A stretch of DNA of 64,000 nt from Rhina ancylostomus (Eukaryota), in NCBI GenBank assembly GCA_030265395.1, contig JARFYF010000053.1:16800971-16864970 (forward strand), read 5' to 3'. The stretch's first letter is position 1, and each line of letters opens with the position of its first letter. A model generated the notes under the pieces. It searched no databases, was not told where the DNA came from, and saw only the letters and a program-made list of their open reading frames with translations. Positions 39,761 to 52,270 of the stretch are shown in pieces. The translations under genes were made by a program, and so were the position numbers.

Positions 39761-42079
39761 TGTGCAAACNNNNATTAGATAATGCATGCTAGCTGTAACT
39801 GGTGCTGACTACTTACAAAAGTTGCTCACCTGCTGTTTACCAGGGTGAAATCCACACGGAATGCCATTTATGACTTTGATAGCTGAATATAGTGGTCTGG
39901 TTAGGAACCTGTTTGGAGGAGATGGAGTCACAAGAAAGTTGGCATGGGCTTTAGAAAGAAAAGGTAAGGTGGTGTCTGGTTTGTAACTGGGTGACTGGGT
40001 GAAAGGTAAAGTGGGCTCTTTTTAGAGAATAGGAAGTGATGTTAGCAGATTTGAGAATAAGGGCACTTTGTGCTAAGGAAAGGAGAGAGTTAACAATATC
40101 AAATGACAAGGAGGCGAGAAACACAGGAACACAAAGCAATAGGTGCAGGAGTAGGCCATTTGGCCTCTCAGGCTCTGCCTCACCATTCAATATCATCTAC
40201 CGCACGCCTTAACTCCTTCTCGGAGCTGGGTGGTCTGCTAATGCCAGCTAGCAGGAAATGGAAAGGATAAATGATTCTAAATGTTGTTTCACCACCTACT
40301 GAGATCAGTAGAGTCCCACACACCACTACCATGGCCCTGGAAAGAGGACCCAAACACCTTATTTATTTGGCCCTGTTTTAATAAGCACCCACCTATCCAT
40401 TTCTCTCATACCACCAAAGAACCAAGGTGTTGACATCTTCCTCATTTGGAATAAAAAAAATTATCCAAAATCTTGATCCCTCTCCATGAGCTCAAACATC
40501 CAACTAAGCAAAATGATCTTCTTTCAACAAACAGACTTCTTGGAGTGATGATTTGAAGTCCCTGGTTGAGAAAATTACCTTTGTCCTACTGGACCAATAA
40601 CTGAGGCTAATGGTGTAGATGGTGAGAAACTGCAGTCGAAGCTGGACTCACTGACTTTGACCATTCATGTGAGATCACTGCACTTCTTGCAGTACCACAG
40701 CCAGATCCTTGGGTTTGACACAAAGCATTGGCCACCGCAGCTATTTTTTTCTCCTTGTCCCTATGTAGAATCAAAACATCCCTCCATCCTTCAACACTGT
40801 AACTTAAGTGCCTACCTTGTAGGGCCTCTTCTAGATCTGCCTGTTGCTGCGAGACTTGACTTGATAGGGAAGCACAGGATACTCCCTAGTAAAGGTCAAG
40901 GGTTAAAATAGCCAATGATGTAATTGGAGCCCAATCTCCATGCATCTGGTTTGTAACAACGATAATTTGAAAGTGAGTCATTGCATGGTTCAGGATCTTA
41001 CAGCTGGTAAGGCACGTCTGGGGCAGCTGTTCTGAAATCAATTTTTGGCCTGTTAATTTAATGGGAAGGGCTGATTATTATTTACTGGCTTTGTTTCCCA
41101 GTGACAGTCAGCCAGATTGAGAATGTAAATGGGTATCAAGTGGAAAGGCCTGTCAAATCAGGCCACAGTCAGAAGCAGAGAGGAAGGAAGGAGACAATAT
41201 GGACTGTAGATCAATCAAGGAGACCTTCTCAACTTATTTTGCTGCTGAACATTCATTTGAATGGCTGGAAGAAGATGTTCGGTGCAATGAAAGATTGGAA
41301 AGGCTGGGGGAGGATGAGGTGAGATGGATGGAGGCAACGAGATCCAGTGTCCTGGGATGGATATTTGATTGCCAGGGTGCTGGGAAATAGGTAAGCTGGA
41401 TTCATTAGGATAGTGTACAGGCATTGGAGAGCTGTCTACTGCTAAATGCTCCAGTTCTTGCCTCCCTTCTGCTCATGATTTTTCCAAGGCCCTGGAAAGC
41501 TGGCTGGCTGGAATGTAATTTAAAACAGACATTAAATTTCAAGAATACAATCTCATTATTGTATTTAATTAACCACCCCTTGCCACTATTCTGGGGTCAT
41601 GAGAACTGGTCATTCATCTGTGATATTGGCTCAGCTCGCTCTCTCCATTAACAGCCTGACTTGCTGGGCATGTCCCACAACATTTTATGCCTCACTGTTT
41701 GTAATATCAGCCTCTAGCTGCCCCATAGTGACCCTGGGCTCACCCAAACACAGATATTCTCTTTGTCCTGTCCATCCCTCCCTCCACTTCCTTGCAATTT
41801 AAAACTAACTCATATTTTCTCTGTTTCCCAGAACTGATGAGGGGTCTTTGATCTCAAATGTTAACTCTCTTTCCACAGATGAATGGTTCCAACATTTTTT
41901 GTTTTTAAGACAAAAGTTGCTAGACTACAGAAAACCTATTCTCTTCATTCAGTGGAATGATTGATTCAATATCATTTGCAAAAAGATATCCAGGAAAGAT
42001 GCAAAAAGCTTTTGTGATGAGAATTGTTGGGATCCAGGTGGTAGAAACAGATTCAAAACGTAATTTTAACAAGGTTCAT

Positions 42080-43110
42080 TGAGTCAGAGAGTCACACAGT
42101 ACAGAAGCAGTCCATTTAACCCTAGTCAATGTACCTATCCATTCTACTCCCATTTACCTGCATTTTGACTATAGTTTTCTGTGCTTTGCAATTCAAGTGT
42201 GTGTCTTAAATGTTGTGAGAGTACCTTCTTCCACCACCTCCCCAGGCAGTGCGTGCCAGATTCCTCCACTCCCTGTGTGAAAAAATCCCCCTCAGATCCC
42301 CTCTAAACCTCTTACTTCTCACTTTATATCTATGCCCTTTTGTTTAAGACAACCCAAACAAGGGAAAAGGATTCTTACTACCTACTCTATCTATTACCAC
42401 GCATAACTTTGTATACCTCCATCAGGTCACCCTGAGTTTCCTCTGTTCCAGGGAAAACAACCCAGCCCATCTAATATCTCCTAACAACTGAAATGCTCCA
42501 ATCCAGACAGCATCCTGGTGAATCTCCTCTGTACCCTCTCCAGCATAATCACATCCTTCCTGTAGAGTGGCAACCAGAACTACAAAGGTGTGGAGTAACC
42601 CATGTTTTATAAAGTTCTAACATGATGTCCTTGCTCTTCTATTCTTTGCAACAGCTGATAAAGGCAGGTATCATATATGCCTTCTTCAGCACCCTATCTA
42701 TCTGTGCTACCACTTTTAGAGATCTATGGACTTGTACCCCATGGACTCTCTGTTCATCAACATTCCCTATGGCCATACCATTTACCGTGTACACTCTACC
42801 TTTATTTGATATTCCAAAATGCATCACTTCACACTTGTCAGGATTAAATCTGATTGCTCTGTCCAACTCTCCAGCTGATCAATATCATACTGTAGCCTGA
42901 GTCTTCTTTGCTATTTACAGCACCATAAATTATCACATCATCTGCAAACTTACTAATCATACTTCCTATATTAATATCAAATTCATTAATGTATAATACA
43001 AAGGGTCCCAGTACAGATCCTTGTGGTACACCACTGTATACAGACTGCCAATCAGAAAAGCAATCCTCCACCACTACCTTCTGCCTCCTATTACCAAGCT
43101 AATTTTTGGT
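42080..43110 (-). mobile_element. CR1-type LINE 3' part
   Basis: Minus ORFs SGVPQGSVLGPFVLYINEFDINIGSMISKFADD and FNPDKCEVMHFG. Confidence 0.9.
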
Positions 43111-44540
43111 TCGGATATTAGTTGAACATATAGGATGAGGCTTAGCAAATCACACTCAGGTGCGTGAAACAGAGCACAATTGTCCTTGTAATGAGACAGC
43201 ATAAGTTGATGGGCTGATTGACCTCATCCTGTGTGGTAACTTATGATTCTATGACATGAATTGGACTTGCAACTGTGTGTTGTACAGCTCCAATCCAGTG
43301 TGTAATTGGGCTTAGGAAGCGATCAGAGAATCTGTTGGACTCCTGTCCATCTCATTAATTTTCTGTTGATTTTTAATGTGATGATAGAGTGAACATTTTT
43401 GCCACAATACTAAAACATGATGAAACAACTGATGAGGGAGTGAAGTTCTGTAATGTGTTTAAGTTATGCACATGCACATTCTCTGTTGATGAGGAAAGTA
43501 CAACATACAGCAAACAAGACTGCATTGCTTCTGTCTCAGTTAGTTTTACTGCAGCCTTAATGGCTGTACTTTTTTTTAAATAACTTGAAGCCTTCCAGGA
43601 AAATCTGTGCTCATCCAAAGAAAAAAATATCTGTCCACATAAAACTGCAGATTTTATGGGTTGATTTTTCTTTATTAAGAAAAGAGAATAATAGGATCCA
43701 CATGTTGGAAATTCTTCAACCTGTTGATTCAATCTGTTTTCATTTTGCAATGCAGCAACTGAAATGAGGAAGCTGTTTAACAATAATAATGAGCAGAATT
43801 CCAGATGCTAAACCGAGGCACAAAGTTCACCCACAGGTATTAGTAAACATTGGCAGAGCTACTAAAATGAAAGGTATTTGCTTAAATGAACCGGAGAGCT
43901 ATTTACAGAGATGGTTTAGTATTAAAAGGTACTTGAGGTTTCATGTTACTGCATAAAACGTTACATTATTTATGATGGCGAAGTCACATAAAATGGTAAA
44001 TAACTTAAATGTTGATTTAAAATCTAGGAATTCAACTGTGAAACATGAAATGTTGTAGTTTCCCAAAGGTTACATGCAGAACTAGCCGGTACAATGTAGG
44101 TTAGGCTCAGCTCAGGTTTAGCAACACCATTTCAAAGGTGAGGAACAGCAACAAAAAAAATTAAAAGCCTTTCACATTTTTTAAGAACTTAGTAAACCCA
44201 TAATAAACTTCAATAAACACTTTGAAATACTCTTGAACACTTTAAGAAATCTAAATTAAACATTCATTTTGAAAAAAATCTTGGAAATATTTTAAAACCT
44301 CTCTCTCTAAATTAACAAACCAGGAGTTGAGTCTGTCCGTGCTGTTCTCTTCCTTTAAAATAAGGAGGGGAATACTCCTTGAGCCTCCTCAGACTTAGTG
44401 CAGGATCTTTTGGAAAGTTCCTTCCATAAACAGTAGACAANNNNNNNNNNNNNNNNNNNNNNNNNNNNNNNNNNNNNNNNNNNNNNNNNNNNNNNNNNNN
44501 NNNNNNNNNNNNNNNNNNNNNNNNNNNNNNNNNNNNNNNN

Positions 44541-44773
44541 GGTATACTTTAGCTCTTGTCTGCTTAGAGTGCTCTACTCTAGATCAGTCCTGTGTTCTCT
44601 GTTCCTCTTTGAATATCCAGTGTGTGTTGGGATTCCTCCTCAGATCTCTGAGGCAAGATTCCTTCCAGTTGCTGCCCCTGTTTGGTCCTGAGGAAGTATC
44701 CTGACTCCAGTCTTGTACCAATGTGCCACATTTGGGTTCTCTGTGAGCTTGCTCTTTGCTCAACATTGTGACA
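44541..44773 (-). mobile_element. LTR-like element (partial; other end probably in the gap), same family as 56659-56889
   Basis: Reverse complement starts TGTCACAATGTTG..gcaagctcacagagaacccaaatgtggcacattggtacaagactggagtcagga, nearly identical to 56659-56732. Confidence 0.68.
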
Positions 44774-46190
44774 ATTCCATAAGATGCCATGCAAGAAGCT
44801 GGTGCACAAGAGCTCCTGGTATTGGGAGAAGTGTTAACATGGATTGAAGACTGGCTTTCACAGAGAAGATAGAGAGTTGACATAAATGGTTCTTTTTCAG
44901 GGTGGGAGGAGGTAACTAGCCAAGTGCCACAAGGATCAGTTTTTGGCCCTCAGTTATTTATTATCTATATTAATGGCATTGAAGAGGGAGCAGCATGTAT
45001 TCAAATCTGCTGACAATATAAACATGCATGGGAGGACAGGCTGTGATGAGGATATTGAGACTCTGCAACAGGATATAGATAGGCTGTATGTGGGCAAAAA
45101 CTTGGCAAATGGAGTTTAGTGTAGGAAAGGCTGACTATTTCCTAGTCAAAAGGCTGACTATTACCTAAAGGGAGAGAGACTGTAAATGAGTGGAATACAG
45201 AAGGATTTAGGTATTCTTGTGCATGAGACAGAAGAAATGAGTATGCAGGTGAAGCCAATAGTTAGAAAGTTAACTGTCATATTAGCCTTTATTGGAGAAG
45301 CATTGTTATAATTATGCAGGTGGGTGGTGAGTCTGCACCTGGGATACAGGTTTTGATCACCATATTTAAGAATGCATATTTAAGAGGCAGTCCAGAAGAG
45401 ATTCACTCGGCTAACTCCTGGGATGAATCAGAATCAAATTTATTATTACTGACCTATGTCATAAAAGTTGTTATTTTGTGGCAGCAAGGTATAAAATTAC
45501 TACAAGTTAAAATAAATAAATAAATATTGCGAAACAGGAATAACAAGGTAATATTCATGGGTTCATGGACCATTCAGAAATCTGACGGTGGAGGGGAAGA
45601 AGCTGTTCCTGATATGTTGAGTGTGGGTCTTCAGGCTCCTGGACCTCCTCCCTGATGGTAGTAACGTGAAGAGGGCATGTCCTGGATGTTGAGGGTACTT
45701 AATGATGGATGCCACCTTCTTGAGGCACTGCCCCTAGATGATGTCTTCAATGAAATTGTAGTCCTGTTCAAGAAGACGGATCTGTAATGTTTGGAGTTTG
45801 AAAGAATGAGGGATGAACATATATAAGGTTCTAAAGGGACATGGCAGGGTAGATGCTGAGATGTTTCCACTGGTGGGAGGGTCTGAAACAGGGGACATAG
45901 CTGCAAGGGGTGAATATTTAAAATGAGGTGTGTAGAAATTTTTTCTTGCAAATGGTGGTGAATCTCTGGAGTTCTCTACTGCAGAGGATTACAGAGGTTA
46001 GATCACAGGAGGTATCTGAAGAAGAGATAGATACATTTTTGAAAGACTGGGGAATTGAGGGCTCTGTGGAACTGGCACTGAAGAGGAGTTGAGGCCGAGG
46101 ATGATCATATTGAATGGAGAGGCAGGCTTCAGGTGCCAGGTGGCCTGCTGCTGCCCCTATTTTTCCTGTGTGCTTTTATGTTCTTGTGCA
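44774..46190 (+). mobile_element. CR1-type LINE with a nested antisense Rex1/Babar fragment (~45425-45750)
   Basis: gtgccacaaggatcagtttttggccc (VPQGSVFG). The insert begins gaatcagaatc and contains gaagaagctgttcctg..cctcctccctgatgg, resembling a Rex1 3' end on the minus strand. Confidence 0.8.
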
Positions 46191-49100
46191 ACTTAAGAAA
46201 CTGCTGTCTGCCTCTTGCTTCTGGCTCATTTCATCTCAGACTTCTTGAAACACGTTCTCTGCCATTTCTCCAGCAAAGTTGATTGTTCCCAGCCAATCAA
46301 ACAGGGCAAATAGTGAAGGGTCATTGACCCAAAAAGGTAAATCTGTTTCACTCTCCACAGATGCTCCCTGACTTTCTGAATCATACTGGCATACTGAAGA
46401 TGTGGACATGATGAACTTCACATCTGGCCCCTCAGCCTTTTGCTGAAATGACTGAAGAAAGAAATGCAAGCCTATTCATTTAAATGTGGCTGCTGACCCT
46501 GTGAAACTGAGAAGTGAAAATTTGGGTTATTTTATTGGCTTTAGTATTTTTAAACTATTTGTTTTCATTTAAGGTGCACACTTTTTTTTCTTTAATGCTT
46601 TTTACAATTATGTCAACTGTCTCTGTCTATCAGNNNNNNNNNNNNNNNNNNNNNNNNNNNNNNNNNNNNNNNNNNNNNNNNNNNNNNNNNNNNNNNNNNN
46701 NCACTGAGTGACCAACATCCAAACATTCTCAGCTCCTGCACTGGCTGCGGATTAAATTAACCTCCACAGTGGAATTGACATGGCATTTGGGAGAGAAATT
46801 ATTAAAAAATACATAATCAGGTCCTCAACCAATATTTTTGACATGTAAAATGAATAGTCATATTACAAGCTAAATTATTGAAATAGGTCTATTAAATTTC
46901 AGAGTAAAATTCAACTCAAATTGAACTAAATTCAAGCATTCAGGATAATTGAACACATGGAGATTATAAATGTTCATTGTTCTCCAGCTAATTTACAATG
47001 ATGATGGGCTTATTTGTCTGAATTGATAGCAACTGCCCATATAAAAATGTACGATCTTAAAAGTAAATTCCACTGAAACTACTGTGGTTTGTTCAAGACT
47101 TGTGAATGGTTCTGCACGTCAGGAGGATGTGTTGTGCTGTCTTTTCTTTTAGTGCACTACAGGATGAAGCTCTGTAAGAAGGTAGGCATTTCCTTTTTGG
47201 CCTGGTACCATATATGATGTGCACACAAAGCCCTTCCAAAGTCTCCTGATTTTGTGCCTCTTCTGTGGGAGCTTTCAGTAAAGCACACAACTGATTATCC
47301 TTTAAATGCTCCTTTTGTCATTGGTGAGAACTGTCATAGGGTTTCAGAGATATTAATGGTATATCTGTTTCACAAGCATCTCATTTAGTGACACTGGCAC
47401 AGACATCATAACTGACTTAAAAAAAAAGATAAAATCAAAACTGAACACAACAATCTAGTTAATACTCTGGGGGGAAACATTTGTTTAAAATCAAAGGTAT
47501 AAGCGGGTGAAAGAGATACTTCCACTGAAGTTGGAAGTTCCTGCATGTTTTTAAATAATGGCTCACAGTCTCCTTGGATCAGTTCACCACCCACACTTAT
47601 TGCTCGTTTACCCACTAAACCAGTTCTTACCTTGAGTGGGTCCCCCAGCAAGAACTTCCTCAAGGAAGCAGGTTCTGACCTGACCAGTCAAGCCCTGAGG
47701 AGTGCAGGGCCCTTATTGATTGTGAATACCACAGAAATGCTCTAACACTCACACTCACAAAAAAAAACCTGTTTTGAAATTCAACATATTAAAAATGTTT
47801 AAAATTTTTAAACAACATAAAAATTAAAACCTTTATAATCCAAGAAAACATTTAAAACAATTCAATACATTTAAATCAAAACAATGAATTTAAAGAAGTA
47901 GACTTTCTGAAACCTACTTTCCTTCTCAGCTGTTTCTCTCAATGAAGTCATCAGGTCCGTGCTTTCTTTAACCTGTGTTTTCCCAACTGTTTCTCCGCAT
48001 CATTGGTGGGAAAACAGTAGAAATTCACACTCTGCCACAGAGGAACTCAACTTTATGGTGCAGTTGATTTCAAAATGTTTGTGGGAGTTCTGAACTTGTA
48101 GGCAGTTATGGAGGTAAAAGCTTGCAGTTCTGTGTGAAACAAATGGCTAAGGTTATGGAGATTATAGACTATCCTTGTTAGGTAGTGAATTAAATTCCTT
48201 TTGCAAAATATCACTATTATATTGTTAAATTTTGACTTTAATACCACATTAATTTGCAATGTAAAGGTCGAAAGACTACACCAAGTGTTGAAAATGTGAA
48301 ATAAAATCAGAAACCACTGCTAACACACAACAAATCAATCAACATCCAGAAAAAGGAAATAGAATAAAATCTAGGTATAACCATTCACCAAATAGTACCA
48401 TTACCATGAAAAAAGAGATTCCATGTATGTTGATGTTACCATCTTGATGACTGCCTACTAATGCTTTGTAATAATAACCTGTTAAAAGGTTAAACTGTTC
48501 CAATATGCTTTGCAGGAGCATTGATAAATAAAAGTTAGCAGAGGTGTGATCACCTTTTCTTAAAATCCTTTAAGAGAAGGGAAGGATAGTGGCCTGGAGA
48601 GATTTAGGAAGGGAATTCCAGAAGTCAGGAAATAGGCAAATGAAAGTACAGCCACTTATGATGGAGTGATTAAAATCAGGAATGTGCACAAGGTTACCAA
48701 GGCTGAGGGAAGGAGAGAGCCAGGTTATGACATGGAGTGGAAACAGGCATTAGTGTTAATGAAATGGCTAAGGTATTGAAAGCTCGTCCCACCATTGGAA
48801 TACAAGGCTGCTCTGTTTCAGTCTTTGCTGGAGACCATAGTCATGTATGGGGTCAATATCTAGAGACTGCAGGTGGTGGTGGATGCCAAAGACAATGGCT
48901 TTTGTCTCCCAGATATTGAACAAATCTTCCCTGAGGTCTTCTGGAAGCAATTGGTATTGTGTAACCACTTTCCCACAATGCTGTGTTAATTCCTGATCTG
49001 TATTTCAATGGTGTAGAGACGTCTTTACCCACTCCTCACCCCACTTTTTCTGATAATCTCCAATATTTTGGATGTGGTTTGTCTGCATGCATTTCCTATC

Positions 49101-50332
49101 CATCAAACTTAGTGAGTTGCTTTCAATTTGTTTTTACAAAAACTGATTTACTATAAATTCTCAAGTTTGTGCTCATTATGGAAACTTGGATGTTCCCCAA
49201 TAATGGAACACAGTAAAAGGGAAACTTTTCCTACAATTTGCAACACAATGATAAATATTTCCTCTCCCTTCACAGTTTTTGATCTTGCTACAAAGTAACA
49301 TAAGACTATTTTCCCCACGTTAACCTAGGATTCTACAGATGATTCAAAGTACATCAAAAGTTGTAATGTGCTTGAGAATTTCAATAACAACTCTGAATCC
49401 TGACGGAACTTTACTCTTGAAGACATTCCAAGCAAATTTTATTCTCTGTAACACACAGTTTTCAGTTTTCTCCTCCATTAATGCAGTACATTTCTGCTAT
49501 CATCATTTGTTAATCCTTACTGGTCATTTCTGTCATGTTTTCAAGTCCACTTATGTTTTAGCTCATTTACCTGATGACTAACATATTGAATTTTTACATC
49601 ATGCTTTCTTGTTTGAATTCTTGTCTTCCTTTTACAGCAGCTCATTTTTCTTTATGCCACCCAGTTTTCAGCTGGTGTTTTATCTTGATTTATAAGAACG
49701 ATGTGTTGGTCAGGAAGATAAAACTATGTGCAATGAAGACTGGACATTACTATAGATACAGTAAGAAACAGTCAAAAATGGCTGACTATATTACAGAAAG
49801 TGTATTGGCATCAAACAAAAGATTTTATTAATTTATAGGGTGCAAACATTGCTGTCAAGGCCTTCATTTATTGTCTTTCCCTAATTGTGTTGAGCAGAGT
49901 CACAAGCTGGACCATTTCAAGGGGTAATTAAGAGTCAACAATATTATTGTGTCATATATAGGCCAGATTGGGTAAGAATATCAGATTTCTTTTCTTAAAG
50001 TATAATTGTGAACCAATTGGATTGTTGCGACAATCTGGCAGTTTAATGATGACCACAACAGACTGAAATAATTCACTGAATTTCCAGTTTCCATGCAGAG
50101 ATTTAAACTCATTTCTCCAGATTAGTGCAGCACAGCATCACAACAGGTAGAACTGCTAACGCACAGGTCCAGAAATCCATGTTCAATTATGACCTCCGGT
50201 GCTGTCCTTGTGGAGTTTGCAACAAAATATGTGCCAAAATATGTGCTTGTTGACCAGTTGCTGTAAATTACCTCTGGGGTAGATGGATGGGAGAAGAATC
50301 AGGGGCAAGTTAATGGGAATGTGAGATAAGAG

Positions 50333-50810
50333 TATAGACCATCCCTGGGTTATGAACACCCAACTTAGGAGGACCCCATACATATGAACAACCTCCCATA
50401 AATATTATTAAATTCAAATTCAGTCTTACATGTAATCAGAGACCATTGTCTTATAAGAACACAGGCTGCCAGCTTCACTGGGGGTGGCCACTTAAGAGAT
50501 ACTTTGGAAATTGACAAACAATTGTTTCTGCTGATACTTATGGAATAAACTTTATTAAGAAATGTAATGTGCATTGTTAATTCGAGCCCATTGAAACCAG
50601 CCATTGAGCGTGGGACATCCTGATTCTGTTCCATTGTAACTAGGTGGGGGAGGATAATAAATAAATGTTCATGTTAATGAGCCCTCGTCAGCACCATTTA
50701 TTACAATGCTGTGGTGGTGTGGTTACCATAGAGTAATTTTGCACATTTCTGACTTACGGACAAAATTGGCTTATGGGCGTCTGTAAAAATGGAATCTGTT
50801 TGTAACTGAG
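50333..50810 (+). mobile_element. Tc1/mariner Tigger-like non-autonomous DNA transposon inserted in a V-SINE (~50130-50930)
   Basis: Imperfect inverted ends ctgggttatgaac / gtttgtaactgag, subterminal (g)acttacgga-type motifs, TA at the left junction; SINE halves on both sides. Confidence 0.62.
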
Positions 50811-51029
50811 GAATGGGCAGTAGGTTACAGGAAATGTGGGGAATGGGGCTGATGGGATTGCTCTGTCCCAGCATAGACTTATGGGCCAAATGGCCTCCTC
50901 TGATGACATAAGGAAATATGAAATATCATTAGCCTAGTCTTTAGCTTGTTATCTAGCCTAGTAACCTAACTATCATGTTGCTGATTTCATGAGAATGAAA
51001 TTACATCTGCCATTTATTTTAGATCAGTT

Positions 51030-51385
51030 TAGTCATACATTTATACAGAATGGAAACAGGCCCCTCTGCACAATGAGTCCCCGTTGACCATCAACATTTA
51101 CACTAATCCTATTTTGATCCCATTTTTTAGTCTCCCCCATTCCCATCAATTTCCTCCAGATTCTACCACTAACTTGCACATTACAGCCAGTTTACATGGC
51201 CAATAAACCTAACAACCTGCACATCTTTGGGATGTGGGATAAAACTGGAGCACCTGGAGGAAATCCTCGTGGTCACAGAGAGAACATGCAAACTCCATAC
51301 AGATAGCGCTGGATATTAGAACTGAACCCGGGTCACTGGTGCTGTGGGGTAGCGACTCTACTCGCTGTGTCACTCTGCTGCCCAG
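51030..51385 (-). mobile_element. V-SINE, near full length
   Basis: tctttgggatgtgggataaaactggagcacctggaggaaatcc..gagaacatgcaaactcca..gaacccgggtcactgg on +. Confidence 0.82.
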
Positions 51386-51889
51386 TAGATGGTTTAGTTG
51401 AAAATAAAAGCAATAAATGATTGATTTCAAGTTACAATTTACATTTAATGATCTCTAGAGATTGAGACAAAAGCCATCTCCTGTTACTGTGTTCCTTTAT
51501 ACAGTAAAGGTAAACAATATGAGAAGTGACGAGTATCTGGCAGAGTGATACTTCCAGGCATGTTTATATAACCAAGATAAGATATGAAATAACAGAAGGT
51601 ATTTTAAAAAAAGGTATTTTTATTTTACTGTACTTTAAAAAGTACTCTATTTTAGGCCATTGTGAATTTGAAAGGTACCATAGAAATAAATACTAGTCTT
51701 CTTTTACTAAGTGGCAGCACAAGTATAAAACTCTTAGGCTACAATTGGAAAATGCAAACTAATTGCCTTTTCAACACCTGAAAAACTTCACCACCCACTT
51801 TGCCACCAACTCTTCTTATCCCACTTTAGTTTCCTTGACATTCCAAAGCAACTCATGGAGAGTATATAGAAGAGTTTCACAGAGAAAGA

Positions 51890-52270
51890 AGTTGGATTTA
51901 CACAATGTTCATAACCTCGGGGAGTCCTAAAATTCTTCACAACCAACAAATAATAAGTTTTGAATATGTGAATGCAGCAATCAATTCAGAAAACAATTGA
52001 GGTAACAGTGATACTAATAACCAACTAATGTTTGTGATTTTTTTGATAGAGTGGCAAAATGTGATAATTCATCTTTTTTGTCAAGGGATCTTTTATAGTC
52101 ATCTAAGTGAAACAGTAAGTGCCTCATTTTAGCATCTCACCTAAAAAGTTGTATCCTGACTATGTAATACTCCCTCAGTATTTCACTTACTAGCTTAAGT
52201 GCTCAAATTACTGAAAGGGGAGCTTGAATCTGTAATCTTCTGAATATGAGGCAAGAGTGCAACTTGTGGC
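51890..52270 (-). mobile_element. DeuSINE (decayed)
   Basis: gggatcttttatagtcatct..gcatctcacctaaaa..actccctcagta..cttgaatctg..gaggcaagagtgc resembles the reverse of the Deu domain and SINE head. Confidence 0.6.
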
